Shown: in pieces, positions 39,401 through 53,778 of the stretch
How positions within the stretch are numbered: position 1 is the stretch's first letter
Layout of the letters: the number at the start of each line of letters is the position of its first letter
Assembly: GCA_012295275.1 (NCBI GenBank)
Contig: CM022676.1
Coordinates: 2,294,001 to 2,358,000, forward strand
Length of the DNA: 64,000 nucleotides
Direction of reading: 5' to 3'
Origin: Chrysomallon squamiferum
Lineage: Eukaryota > Animalia > Mollusca
The notes under the pieces: generated by a model
What the model saw: the letters and a program-made list of their open reading frames with translations, nothing else
Told to the model about the DNA's origin: nothing
Databases searched by the model: none
Translations under genes and position numbers: made by a program

Positions 39401-42400
39401 TATTTGTTATTTTTTTTTTTTTACCTTTCTCTTTTTTTTCTTTAGGTAAATATTTTTATGTAATTTACTTTGTTTTCTTTTTTACTTGCTTAGTTTTCTT
39501 ATTTTTAATTATTTTACTTTTACTTTTTTTTTTTTAGGTTTTACTTAATACATTTTCATTGTTTTTCTTTTTTATTTTATTACTTAATTAATTTTATTTT
39601 TACTTCTTATTTTTTAATTTTTTTTTTTTCTTTTTTCTTACTTAGGTAAATATTTACGTTCATACTTTTTTTTTCCTTTCTTACTTATGAAATTATTTAC
39701 CTTCTTAATTACTTTCTTTTCTTACTTAGGTAATTTTTTCATTATACCTACTTACTTTCTTACTTTACTTAGGTTGTTATTTTTATGTACATTACTTACT
39801 TTTTTTCTTTCTTACATAGATAACTATTTTACGTACTTACTTTACTTTTTTTATTTTCTTTCTTACTTAGATATTTGTTAATGTACTGACATTCTCACTT
39901 AATTAGCTAATTTTTACGTACTTACTTGCTTCCTTGCTTACTTAGGTAATTATTCACGTACTTAGTTACTTTTTTCTCACTTATATAATTGTTGATGTAC
40001 TTACTTACCTTCTCACTTACTGGTTACATACTTACTTTCTTTCTCGCTTACATGAGTATTTGTTATGGTTCCTAATGACTTTATCTCTAACTTAGGTAAT
40101 TAATTGTGTACTTACTTGCTTTCTTGCTTACTTAAGTAATTATTTGCGTGCTTTCTTGTTTTCTTTCGTACTTTGGTATTTGTCGTTGGACCTACTTACT
40201 TTCTCACTTTTTTAAGTAATTATGTAGGTAAGTGCTTGCTTCCTTGTTGACTTAGGTAATTATGTACGTACTTACTTGCATTCTTCCTTACTTAGGAAAT
40301 TATTAACATACTTATTTATTTTCTTTCCAACTTAGGTAGTTATTTACATACTTACTTACTTCCTTTTTAGCTTAGGTATTTAACATCGTACCTACTCACT
40401 TTCTTACTTACTCAGCTAATAATATACTTACTTACTTACTTCCTTTCTTACTTAAGTATTTCACATGGTACCTACTTAATTTCTCCCTTACTTAGGAAAT
40501 TATTTACTTACTTAGGTATTTGTTAATGTGCACTTTCTTACTTAGGATTTTGTTAATGTACTTATTCTCACTTCTTACTTAGGTAATTTACATTTTTTTT
40601 ACTCACTTTTTTTTTTTTTTTTAGGTAGTTATTTACGTGCACATACTTTCTTTCTTACTTAGGTAGTTATTTACGTACATACTTACTTTCTTTCTTACTT
40701 AGATAATTCTTAATGTAATTACTCACATTCTGGCTTCCTTAGGTAATTATTTACGTACTTACTTTCATTCTCGCTTACTTAGGTAATTATTTACGTACTT
40801 ACTTACATTCTCGCTTACTTAGGATATTATTTACATACTTAATTAGTTTCTTTCTTCCTTAGGTACTTGTCATGGTACCTACTAACTTTCCCACTTACTT
40901 AGGTAAATATTTAAGTACTTACTTGCTTTCTTCCTCTCTTAAGTATTTGTCATATTACCTACTTACTTTGTCACTTACTTAGGTAAATATTTTCGTACTT
41001 ATTTGCTTTCTTGCTTTATTTTATGTTTACTTAATTACTTTCTTTCTTACTTAGGTACTTGTCATTTTACCTACTTATTTTCTTTGTTACATAGGTAGTT
41101 ATTTATATACTTACTTATTTCCTTTTCTCCTGAGGTATTTCACATGGTACCTACTGACTTTCTCAGTTACTCAGATATTTACGTACTTACTAACTTTCTA
41201 ACTTAGGTAGTTATTTAGGTACTTACTTCCTTTCTTTCTTACTTAGGTACCTATCATTGTACCTACTTACATTCTCATTTACTTAGGTAGTTATTTACGT
41301 ACTTACTTGCTTTTTTGCTTTCTTTCGTACTTAGTTAATTATTAACGTACTTACTTGCTATCTTGCTTACTTGGGAATTTGTTTACGTTCTTACTTTGTT
41401 TCTTACTTAGGTATTTGTCATGGTACCTACTTTCTTTCTCACTTACTTAGGTAATTATTTACATACTTACTGTCTTTCTTGCTTACTTAGGACATTATTT
41501 ACCTACTTAATTACTTTCTTTCTTACTTAGGTACATGTCATGGTACGTACTTTCTTTCTCACATACTAAGATCAATATTTATGTACTTACTTGCTTTCTT
41601 CATTTCTTAGATAACTATTTGTGTACTTACTTATTTTCTTTCTTACTTAGATATCTGTTAATGTACTTACTTACATTCTCACTTAATTAGGTAATTATTT
41701 ACGTATTTACTTTCTTTCTTGCTTACTTAGGTAATTATTTACGTACTTGCTTACTTTCTTTCTTACTTAGGTATTTTCCATGGTACCTACTTGCTCTCTC
41801 ACTTACTTAGGTAAATATTTACGTACTTACTTGCTTTCTTGCTTTCTTAGGAATATATTAACGTACATTCTTTCTCACTTAGGTATTTGTCATGACACCT
41901 ACTTGGTTTCTCTCTTACTTAGGTAATTATTTACGTACTTACTTTCATTGTTGCTTACTTAGGACATTATTTACGTACTTAATTGGTTTATTTCTTACTT
42001 AGGTACTTGTCATGGTGCCTACTTTCTTTCTCACATTTTAAGATGAATATTTAAGTACTTACTAACTTTATTAATTACGTTCCTTGGGTAAATATTTACG
42101 TACTTACTTCCTTTCTTACTTACTTTTGTAATTATTTAATTATTTATTTTTATTGCTTACTTAAGCAATTATTTACGTAATTATTTGCTTTCTTACTTAC
42201 TTACTTTATTTCTTGCTTAGGTAACTGTTTTCGTACTTACTCAGTTTCTTGCTTACTTATGTAAGTATTTATGAACATACTTCCTTTCTTACTGACTTAG
42301 GTAATTATTTACGTCATAATTAGCTTTGTTACTTCCTTAGGCTATTATTTACGTACTTACTTGCTTTCTTTCTTACTTTATTTCTTACTTAGGTAATTAT

Positions 42401-43905
42401 TTACGTACTTACTTAGTTTCTTCCTTACTTAATTATTTATGAAGATACTTCCGTTCTTCCTTACTTGGATAATTATTTACTTACTTACTTTATTTCTTCA
42501 TCATGTAACTATTTACGTACTATCTTGCATTATTATTTGCTTAGGTAATTTTGTATGTTCTTACTTACTTTTTTCGTTAGTCAGGTAATTGTTTACGTGC
42601 TTATATTCTTTCTTACTTACTTAGGTAATTATATTCTTACTTACTTAATTTATTTCTTACTTACTTATTTTATTTCTTAGTTACTTATTTTATTTCTTAC
42701 TTAGGTATTTATTTACGTTCTTTCTTACGTTCTTTTTTCTTAACTAATTATTTACGTACTTACTTACTTCCTTACTTATTTAGGTAATTATTTAGGAAAA
42801 TACTTCCTTTCTTACTTACTTAGGTAATTATTTACGAACATTCTTCCTTTCGTTCTTATTTTGGTAACTATTTGCCTACTAACTTGTTTTGAAATTTACT
42901 TAGGAAATTACTTACGTACCTCTTTTCTTTCTTACATACTTTGGTAATTATTTACGAACGTTTTTTCTTTCTTAGCTAATTATTTACGAACATACTTCCT
43001 TTCTTACTTACTTAGGTAATTATTTGCCTACTAACTAGCTTTGTTGCTTACATATACTATTATTTACGTACTTACTTGCTGTCTTACTTACTTACTTTAT
43101 TTCTTATTTAGGTAATTGTTTTTCGTACTTACTTAGTTTCTTGTTTACTTAGGTAATTATATATGAACATACATCCTTGCTTACTTACGTAATTATTTAC
43201 TTACTTACTTACCAACTTTATTTACGTACTTACTTGTTTTGTTATTTACTTAGGTGTTTATTTACGTTCTTACTTAGTTTTCTACTTCGGTAATTAATTA
43301 TGTTCTTACTTACTTTCTTTTTTACTTATTTTGGTAATTATTTACGCATTTACATAGGTAATTATTCAAGTACCTACTTTCTTTCCTCTTTTCCTAGGTA
43401 ATTATTTACGTACTCTCATTTTCTCCTACCTACATAATTATTTACGTACTTTCTTTCTTACTTAGGTAATGATTTAAGTACTTACTTACGTTCATTCTTA
43501 CATAGGAATTTATTTACGTACTTTCTTACTTTCCTTCTTGCTTAGGTAATTATTTTCCTTCTTATTTGCTTTATTACTTACCTAGGTAATTATTTACGTA
43601 CTTACATGTTCTCCTACCTACATAATTATTCATGTACTTTCTTTCTTACTTACTTAGGTAGATATTTACGGACTAACTTACATTCTTACCTACTTCCTGA
43701 TTATTTACCCACTTCCTAATTTCTTTCTGTCTTTGGTAATTATTAATGTACTTACTTTCTTCTTTCCTTAGGTAATTATTTACGTACTTACATACTTTCT
43801 TTCTTTGGTACTTATTTACGAACTTACATACTTTTGTTATTACTCAGGTTATTAGGTACTTACTTTATTTCTTCCTTATGTGAATATTTATGAACTTGCT
43901 TACCA
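30448..43905 (-). repeat. 13.5-kb ACTTAC-rich satellite (reverse complement of the GTAAGT satellite)
   Basis: CTTACTTAGGTAATTATTTACGTACTTAC monomers throughout; higher-order block ~31450-35450; degraded T-rich part ~37250-39850. Confidence 0.93.
36243..36320 (+). pseudogene. 78-bp Ig exon fragment embedded in the satellite (duplicate of 30370-30447)
   Basis: QLKYTGDMMWISYPYTDRIKDEPPTL followed by the same exon/satellite junction as at 30447. Confidence 0.85.
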
Positions 43906-44028
43906 ACAAACACATACCCATATACACACACTAACATATACACACATATTCTATTACACAATACCATTTACATAGGAATATACACATACATGCAGAGATA
44001 AATATAGGCATATTCCCATACATATTTA

Positions 44029-44059
<31 letters not shown>

Positions 44060-44942
44060 TCATCATTTCTGTTGGAGAACTCATCACTGCTGTCAAACAA
44101 GAAATAAAAACAAAGTAATTTTTCTATTATTCGTGACAAAAGTTAAGTAAATTTATCACACAGAAAGAAGCTATAACTAAACTATACAAATGATACAACT
44201 ACCGGTACACCAAGCAGTACACACATAAAATAAATCTCCTTTCTGATATTAATTATCTTACGAATATAAAACATCAAAATACTCAAATAAAGTAAATCTC
44301 GTTGCTAATATTATGTATACTACAAACAATAGATCAGCTTGTTAATATGAATTATTCTGCAATCATCCCACATATAAAATAAATCTCATTGCTAATATAA
44401 ATACATACAAATACAAAACACGAAAACGAAACACATTTAAACAAACAAACAAACAAATACCTTCTTTATTGAAAATATGAATCACATGACGTTTATTCAG
44501 AATTAATTATCATAAAACGAAATATAGTTATGTTCTTTTAAAAAGGTTTGATATCCTGGAGGGATAAGACACTGTGTCTACAATTTAAATAAGTGTAACT
44601 TAATCATACTTTCTACTGCATTACATAAAAATCATGTAGAGAAACACAAACACACGTACGTACAAACACGGGTCTGTATTTTAATTGTTCAGTATTTTCT
44701 CGTACAAATCTTTTGCTGTCGTGACTGGGAAAATGTGACCATATTGATTCTATTGTATTCCATTGTCATATCCTGTGATGTCATCAGACCTACTTTGCTG
44801 CAGTGCACCACGTGATCTATCTCTCTTGTGATGTCTTGGTTTTAGATTTACATAATTTCTTCTGTTTTCTGACTCATAATTGGTTGATCCGCTTCCGAGT
44901 TGGTTTTGTTCAGCTGAGTCACGTACTTTGAGTCTATGCACT

Positions 44943-47900
44943 TTATACTATGACGTCTTCATAGCTGTAATATAATCATTTATTTAAAATAAATAAAAAA
45001 TCATTTTTTAGAGGTGCATGCTTTATATATATAGTTGGATAAGTAAGGAAAAAAATGAAGAGACAGACAGACTACTGTAGAGAGGAAAAGTTAAACAACA
45101 CTGCTTCACCGTTTCACAGACGTACACGACGAAGAAAACGCCGACTACGACGCATAACACAGAAGAGACTACAGCAACAGCAGTTACAGCAGTTCTGTTA
45201 CATTCACAATCGATGACATTTTCTTTTACAGTCGATGAGTCAGCAATATCTGTGGACTTTGTAGCTGGGTTGGGAGGCAACGTTAAATATGTTCCTATAA
45301 TTGATGATTATAAACCAAGTCAGTATCATCCATGATTACATCGAATATACTATCACAATATTTGACTGATAAAATTATTCAGTCAGTGTATTCAAATTAA
45401 TTTTCAACTTCAAGGTAAACATAACCAACTTTACTGTAAAGATGTGTTGGAAAAATCATTATTTAAGACATTATATATATATATCATATTTTTGTGTATT
45501 ATCTATATTTTATAGCTATTGTCATTATTACATCTAAATCTTATAAATTTAGGAGTAACTGTAAAGCTTACCAAGCAGTATAAACCAAGAGTTTCAAACT
45601 TCTAAAGTTATTAGCATCAAATATCATAAAATAAAAATATCGTAGTATCTGTAGTGCAGAAAAACAATAGAAAAATGTCAGATTACTATTAATACCAAGA
45701 TTTACTTTCAGTGTAAAATAAACATAATGCCTATAAAAAAGAAATAATAATCATAAAATTTAAAAATTAACATGGGTAAATTTACAAATATACTTCCTGG
45801 TTTGATGAGCGTTTCTGTAATATAAAAACAAAAAACATGTTGAGAAATAAACAATTATGAAAAATATTTTACTTCCTGAGATAAATGTTAAAATATTTAT
45901 GTTCTAACAGACATTATTAAAAATCTACACAAATATAAATCCGTCATTTCACAATTATCTTTACCCGATGACTAACAGAGCAATAATTAAAGTGTGTTGT
46001 ATGATATTATTTAGACGGTGGCATTAACTGAAATCTAATTGTGTATGATCTACTGTCCTGGTACGTTTGAGTTACATTTTAAACTGAAATGAGTGAGTAT
46101 TAACATTGTTTATACATAAACAAGACGGTACTTTTCATTTAAAAAAAAAGAAAAAAGAGTTTTAGAAATAAAATAATTATTACTTTTATACTGATATAGC
46201 ACACAAACAAACAGGAAAGCAGAAACACATGCAGAAGTGCATAGATGACGTGAAAACTGCATACTGCAGAAAGATGCTTAGCTGCAGTGATTAACAGAAA
46301 AATGGAAAGAAAGTAACGCAATAGACTTGAGTGCAGTGCTAATACACTGACTGTTCATAGTGTGTGTTTCAACACATCAAGTAGCCTATTCGTGTTGGGT
46401 GACTGAAAGAAAATAAATCATTATTTACGTAATCCAATAAGCTGGCTTCTACAAGAAATGACAACACATGGAGATTAGCAAATTAAAACAGGACATAACA
46501 TCAACATGATGGCTGTCGTTTTCTTCCGTTAAATCATTTCAATTCAGTTGCCTTCTTAAAACAATGTTGTTATACGTCACATATAACAATGGTTTGTTCA
46601 TACAGCAATGATTTTCATTCTAAAACCAATTAAATTGAAATCTTACTTTGAGTGTTGATGGTAAAGTTTGCAGAATACAGCTCGTTGTTACCCACAATGC
46701 ATCTAAACATTCGTCTCTTCTCACTGAGAGATACAGTGTGTGTTAAAACAGAACTTCCTCTGTTCTGACTCCCAGATAGTCTAGGTGGGTCATCTTTGAT
46801 TCTGTCAATGTATGGGTACGAGATCCACATCATGTCAGCAGCGTACTTCCAGTGCCACGACCACGACTGTGCTGGGTTACCAACATTTCCATTACACCTG
46901 ATTTCTACAGTTTCACTGATAACATAGGAGTTGATCTCCTTTCTTGGTGTCACGACCATTTCATCTTCACCTCGCTTTGCTGAAACAGAAAAAATCACGA
47001 AATAAATAAACACTGCGTTTTTCTATAATTTATTTCAGTTATATATATATATAGATATAGATAGAGATAGAGAGATAGATAGATAGATGAATTTTGTATT
47101 ATATACAAATGTACTTTTTTCGACTAATTTTGAAAAGTAATTGTTTGTGTTGAACATTTTCTTTCTCGCTTATTGACTCAGATCTTTTACACAAGTACAA
47201 ATAACAGACATAAAACACATGAACATTTCACATTATCTGAAATGACATCTTCACTTACTTTCTCTAGTAATGTTCTATAATCAGTAATAACAGAAGTGAA
47301 TTCAGACATAAAACACATGAACATTTCACATTATCTGAAATGACATCTTCACTTACTTTCTCTAGTAATGTTCTATAATCAGTAATAACAGAAGTGAATT
47401 CACCCAAATTCGTCAACAACTAATATTATATAAAAACAAGTTTTAACTTCCTTTCGTTGGTAAAGTTATAGAATCAACAACAACAGAAATGAGATTCCCT
47501 AAATGCACGACAACTCATACAAATAAATCATGTTTTCACTTACTTTGAATGGTGATGTTATCAGAACTTTCAGAGGTATCTGGACTACCAGTAAATGTGG
47601 AATAACCAATTACACATAAATATTCTCCTGAATCACTGCAAGTCATACCTGTCAGTTGAATCTGGACAAAAGATCCTGATTTTTCATTGTTGTCAGACTT
47701 TCCTGTCATTGTTGCTCTAGATACAAAGTTGTTTACATCTTTTAAACCAGCTTTACCGCCATTCTTTAGAGTAATAGCAGAAGCTATCATAACACTAGTA
47801 CTGCGATTGCTGAGAAGTCTTCTCGTCACTGATACAGAATTAAGTACACCAACATGACTGATGATGTTACCAAGACTACATCTGACTGTGACAGGAACTC

Positions 47901-47945
47901 CTTCATAAACAGCACTTGGGCTGATTGTGAGTTGTGCGGCTTCAC
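44943..47945 (-). CDS. IgSF copy E: V + C2 + TM with a truncated tail; homologous signal-peptide exon not found
   Basis: Exons 47945-47544, 46979-46647, 45294-45126, 44964-44943 (YEDVIV*); splice sites canonical and Ig/TM frames open; intron-1 homology ends at ~48230; the ancestral tail frame extends to 44681. Confidence 0.6.
47205..47400. repeat. 98-bp direct tandem duplication in intron 2 of copy E
   Basis: CAGACATAAAACACATGAAC...CAGAAGTGAATT occurs twice back to back; single in the other copies. Confidence 0.9.
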
Positions 47946-50299
47946 CTGTAAATAAACATGAACAAAGAAATAACTTTAAAATGTAGTAAACTTTTTCATT
48001 GTCAATGTTATATATTTCTTAATCTGCATAATACGTTTATCATATAAATCAGAAGAAAACATTAATTTTAATTTAATGACATTGCTTCCATATTTCAAAC
48101 ATTTCATCAGATAATGTAGCGAAACTGAAGAATTTTTCTATGTCAATTCATAGAATAATAGATTAGTAATGTACTTAAATAAATTTAAAGCACTATATGT
48201 GAAAGGAAAAAAATTGAAACAATAATATTTTTTAAACAAACCACTTTAAAAACTAGTAAACATGCTTACCACCATCAGTATTTATATTTTAAACATATTC
48301 ATTAATTTAACTAAAATGAAATTAAAGAAAATAATTTTGTTGTCATTATCCGACTAGAAATTAAATCAAATTTTGCATTTTAATTTAGTCATTACCGTTC
48401 ATATTTCAAATATTTCTGAACTTAAGTAATAAAAACGTAATTAACAAGGTAAATAACAATATTAATAATAATAATAATCATAAAAACAACAACAACAATA
48501 ATAATTATGATAAACCATATCACAAGATTTCCAAACCATAACAAAGACAAACTTTTTCTCTTTATGTAAGTGTCTGTCTTTCTGCTTATCTACTTAACAC
48601 ATATACATACCTATCTTTCTATACACTGTGTGTCGCTCTGGCTGTCTATATATCTGTCTTCAGGAGTAATCACAAATTAGTTATTAATAATACTCAAACG
48701 TTATTGCTCTATCTCTCACAAGCATAACACACGTTTAGACATAAACATAGACGCATGTACATATATAACACTAGAACATATACATAAAGACCCATAGCAA
48801 CACATGTATAAAGCTACACAGAAATATACATTCACATACACAGAGGAATGCACACAAATACACAAACTGACAGACACAAACATACACAAGATAAAGACAG
48901 GTTAGTTTTAAATTTACCTCAGCTTCTGGCCAAGTCACTCTCAGACGCATCAGACCGTAACAGGTTTTTACCTAGCGTGTCCAATATCTAGGTCATCGCG
49001 TCCGTTCTGCTTCCAGAAAACTCACACACAATATAAAATTATTACTTGATTCTATCTACATACAAATACATACAGATTCAAGTAAACCAAAATTTTTATT
49101 TAGAAATACACACGTGCCTGCATCCATAAATAAAGACATACAAAAATACATACCTATACATAATGCATACAGATATGCATGTATATTATACATATTCACA
49201 TTTATTAATATTCTGTTAGAACATTTTCTAATTTGCATTTATGCTGAACTGAATATATATAAAACGACAAGGAATAAACGTACAGCCTCTGTCATTGACA
49301 TAGTGAATTTATCGAAACGTCATTATTGCATCTTGTCGTCGTATGTCTATCTGAAGACCTGTCTGTATTTATGTGTGTATGTTTGTGTTTGTATGTCTGT
49401 TTGTATCTGTTTGTATGTGTGTGTGTATGTCTGTGTGTATGTCTGTATGTAAGTGTATGTGTATGTCTGTGTCTGTGTGTATGCGGCAGCGGCATCTTTC
49501 GGGTTTGTGACGTTCTGATTGGACTTTGTTCTCCTGCGAAAATGCCGTCCCGAAAATTGTTTATGTGCAGAGACTAATCAGACGTAAAGAGAATAGTCAA
49601 TGAAATTCTAAAATACATAAATAATACATCCATCCATAAATACATACACAATTACAGATATGGATATACAGAAACATATGCAGGCATACATATATTTGTT
49701 TACCTGTGAAAAACCATAAATCCCATAATCAGCAGGAAAAACAACAAACGCATTTTTAACTCTGAAATCGTGTAGAAAAAAAAGTCGGTGTTATATATTC
49801 ACATTTATTTATACACTATTAGGAAACGTTTTAATTTGCATTTATACTGAATAACATATTTTCATCTAAAAATTGAATATATATATATATTATGTATGTA
49901 TATGTATGTATGAATATACACACACATATATACATATATATATATAATGAAAACAAATAAGCCAGTGTTATTTAACACAGTGTTTTTATCGAAGCATCAT
50001 TTCTGTGTCTAACTGTCAACCTTTCTTTATTTGTGTGTTTTTTTATTTTATTGTTCCTGCTTATTTTAATTTCGATTTTTTATTTGTTTGTTGTTACCGT
50101 CATCATCATTACCAATGTTATTATTATTATTGTGTTTTTTGTTTATTTGTTTTCTTTTTTCTTCTTTTGTTTATTTATTTGTTGGTTTATTATAATTGTT
50201 CTTTGAATTATATAAACATTAGCCGTAGATTTATAGTAAGAAACACTATTGACAAACTCAATATATTCCAGCTAAACAGGAAGGAGTGTGTGTGTGTGT

Positions 50300-50331
<32 letters not shown>

Positions 50332-51949
50332 CTGTGATTGTGTGTGTGTACACACATACACACACACACACAGACATGTAAGTATAAAACACTTTAACTT
50401 TAATATGATTGTTATAACCGTCATAAGAGATTTATGACGTAGTTCTTTATTCAGTATAAATACATATCTACCCATTTTTAAAGTAATATCATCACGCATT
50501 TATTATTATGAACTGTGTCATTTCATATAGTTTGTAATCCTGAACTAAAGAGTTAGCAATATTGCTATTCGGTGGAGCCGTCTGTTGAATTATTACAAAG
50601 TTATATTCTGTAACAAAAGAGTAACACGTGACTGCAGGCAATACAATTGATTTTGACTGAAGCAGCGTGTGATATATTCTGTACTTGAACATTTAAAATG
50701 TTTCAAATATTAACAACTGCATATTCCTTATGCCGTAGCGTCTGTTTGTTCCAAATTTAAATATTTAAAGCGTTTGGAATATTATTAACACTGTATATTC
50801 GTTATAGCACGAGATCTTTGCGTACGAATATTTTTCTGTTTAATTTCATTAAAACATTTGCAGTATATTACGGTTCTGTTATGGCGGACTGGTTTTACGT
50901 TCTGTTTATGGTGCTATTTCCAGTTACATCTGTTGGTGAGTTTTAGTTAGTTCAATAATTATTTGACATTTAGTTGTTGAAATCCCAGGCATAATTTTTA
51001 CCAGTAATAATTAGTGGCGATAATAAATGAAAATAGTAGTAGACTCACACTAAACTCGTGCTACCTGTTTTAATATTAACATTAGAGTCAATAAAAGGGA
51101 TAGTAGAAGTAGATATAACAGTAGCAATGTTCGTGGGAGTAAATACAATATAAACAGGTGTTGTTTAGGTCTGTTATGTTGACTGAACTACGGTCATATT
51201 ATAATAATTAAAATAAAGAATAGATTAATCGGTTTTAGAAATAAATATAAGACATACTTTATATCTTGGTGCAACAGTGAGGCAGGATCATACTCAGGGG
51301 CAAAATGTCTATACATTCGTGTCCTCAATGTCTCAGTATGGGTGATTGGTCGCATCATGACAAGCATAAACCAATCAGTTGTTTTGGCATAATCACGTGA
51401 ACTTAGTCTGTGTGTATCCATCCCAAATAAAAACGTTTCTTTCACAGAAAAAAGAAGTTGGGTATTTTATCATCATCAACATCATCATCAATATTATTAT
51501 TTATATCATTATTAGTATTATGTTGTTGTTGTTGTCGTATTTTACAACTGAAGGAGTCAAGCTAACAGTAACTCCACGGACTATCACGGCCGGTGAAGAA
51601 AGACCTGTAACAACTAAATGTGAGGCTGGTAATTTACTTCGTCAAGTGCAGGGATTCAGCTTGGTTGTAGTAAAACACGGAGTCGCACAGGATGTTAGAA
51701 TACTCGCCAGCGCCACAGTTTTGACAACAACGGCAAAGCGCTATTAAAGGATACGTCACTTGCAACACGAGCGTTCGTTACCGGAAAGATACACAACTCT
51801 GATAAATCAGCGACGTTTGTACAGATAGAGTTATCTAAACTGTACTGTAACGACTCAAAGAATTTTTGTGTGAAATCACGTTTATCAAACCGGACAGCAA
51901 CAATGCTGTTTCGGAAGACAGACTTGATATTACAATACTCAGTAAGTAA

Positions 51950-52218
<269 letters not shown>

Positions 52219-52655
52219 TTTGTTTATTTCTTTGTTTGTATTTTGTTTTCTTTTTTGCCCTCACTCTGGTAAATCTGTAAGAAAAGATTCTTGTATGAAT
52301 ATTACTTTGTATATTTTGCATTACGTTTGACTATATTCTTCTCTGCATTACTCATTGATTCTCTGTACCTGTCTGACTGTCTCTCTGTCTCTTTGTCTAT
52401 CTACCTCCTATGTAATTATCTATTTATCTCTGCACCGTTCCATTTTTTTTTTTTTTTTTAATTAATTAGAATTGAATATATTTATCTAGGTAAATGTATG
52501 AATATATAAAATGTTTATTTCTCTATATTTACACATACATACACATATAAATTTGCAGAAACACTCTCTCACGCCAACACATACACACACATAAATAGAT
52601 AGATAAATACTATTTTACCAGTGCCCTACGTATAAACGTCCAGCCTTACTTTTAG

Positions 52656-53006
52656 GCAAACCAGACAACATCGAGATGCGTGTCATCCCATGGCACAGTG
52701 ATGACTCTTACCACGTGAATGAAACAGTAGAATTTGTCTGCTCTGGAAATGTGGGGAATCCGCCGCCTTCCAAACCGTGGAGCTGGCAGTGGAAGTCTCC
52801 TGCCACGAACTCCACCTGGCTCTCCTACCCCTACCCTGACAGGCTAAACGAGTACACGTACGAGGGTAGCGGGCTGACGAGTTGCGAACACAGACGAGGG
52901 TCGACATTAACACACGTTGTGGAGAGAGATGAAGATGGCCGCATATTTCGTTGTCTGGTTAATAACAGTGAAGTGTATTCTGACAGTTTCACCATATATG
53001 TGCGCG
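52656..53006 (+). CDS. Copy F C2/I-like Ig exon
   Basis: Open 117 codons: ETVEFVCSGNVGNPP...WSWQWK...EDGRIFRCLVNN; TTTTAG acceptor and GTATGT donor. Confidence 0.8.
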
Positions 53007-53070
53007 GTATGTGATATTACGGTCACCATATACCGTTTATATCACTGGCTTCTTTGCTATTAACACGAAA

Positions 53071-53120
<50 letters not shown>

Positions 53121-53677
53121 CAAAATTATACATATGCACATACGTAGTGTATTCACATATACACACAAATACATACAAACATATATCATATATAATGTAT
53201 GTATATGTATATGTGTATGCATGTGTGTATGTTTATATATATCTGTACATAGCATGTCTGTATGTCTATTTTTATTTCACTTAGCCTTAACGACGCCATT
53301 GATTCATAAAAGCAAGATAATAAAAGCTGAGTCTAAATTAACATCGTCTACGTTCACAGCATTGGTTGTTGTAGCCGCCGTAGGTACAGACGTAGTATAT
53401 TCACATATACAAACATATGCACAGAAACATATATATAATGTATGTATAATCTGTATGTGTATTTATGTATATGTATACATTTCATGTATGTTTGTCTATT
53501 TTTGTTTCACTTAGACTTAATAACCCCATCGATTCATGAAAGCAAGGCAATGAAAGCTGAATCTACATTAACATCCTCTATGTTCATAGCATTGGTTGTC
53601 GTAGCCGCCATTTCATCTTTTTTACTGATTGTAGTCACCGTGTTATTTATCTGGTACGTGTAGTATCAATAATTACA

Positions 53678-53778
<101 letters not shown>

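Noticed and set aside
35016-39881. Leu/Tyr/Phe-rich ORFs in the satellite
   Set aside because: Chance stop-free frames on the T-rich strand of the repeat
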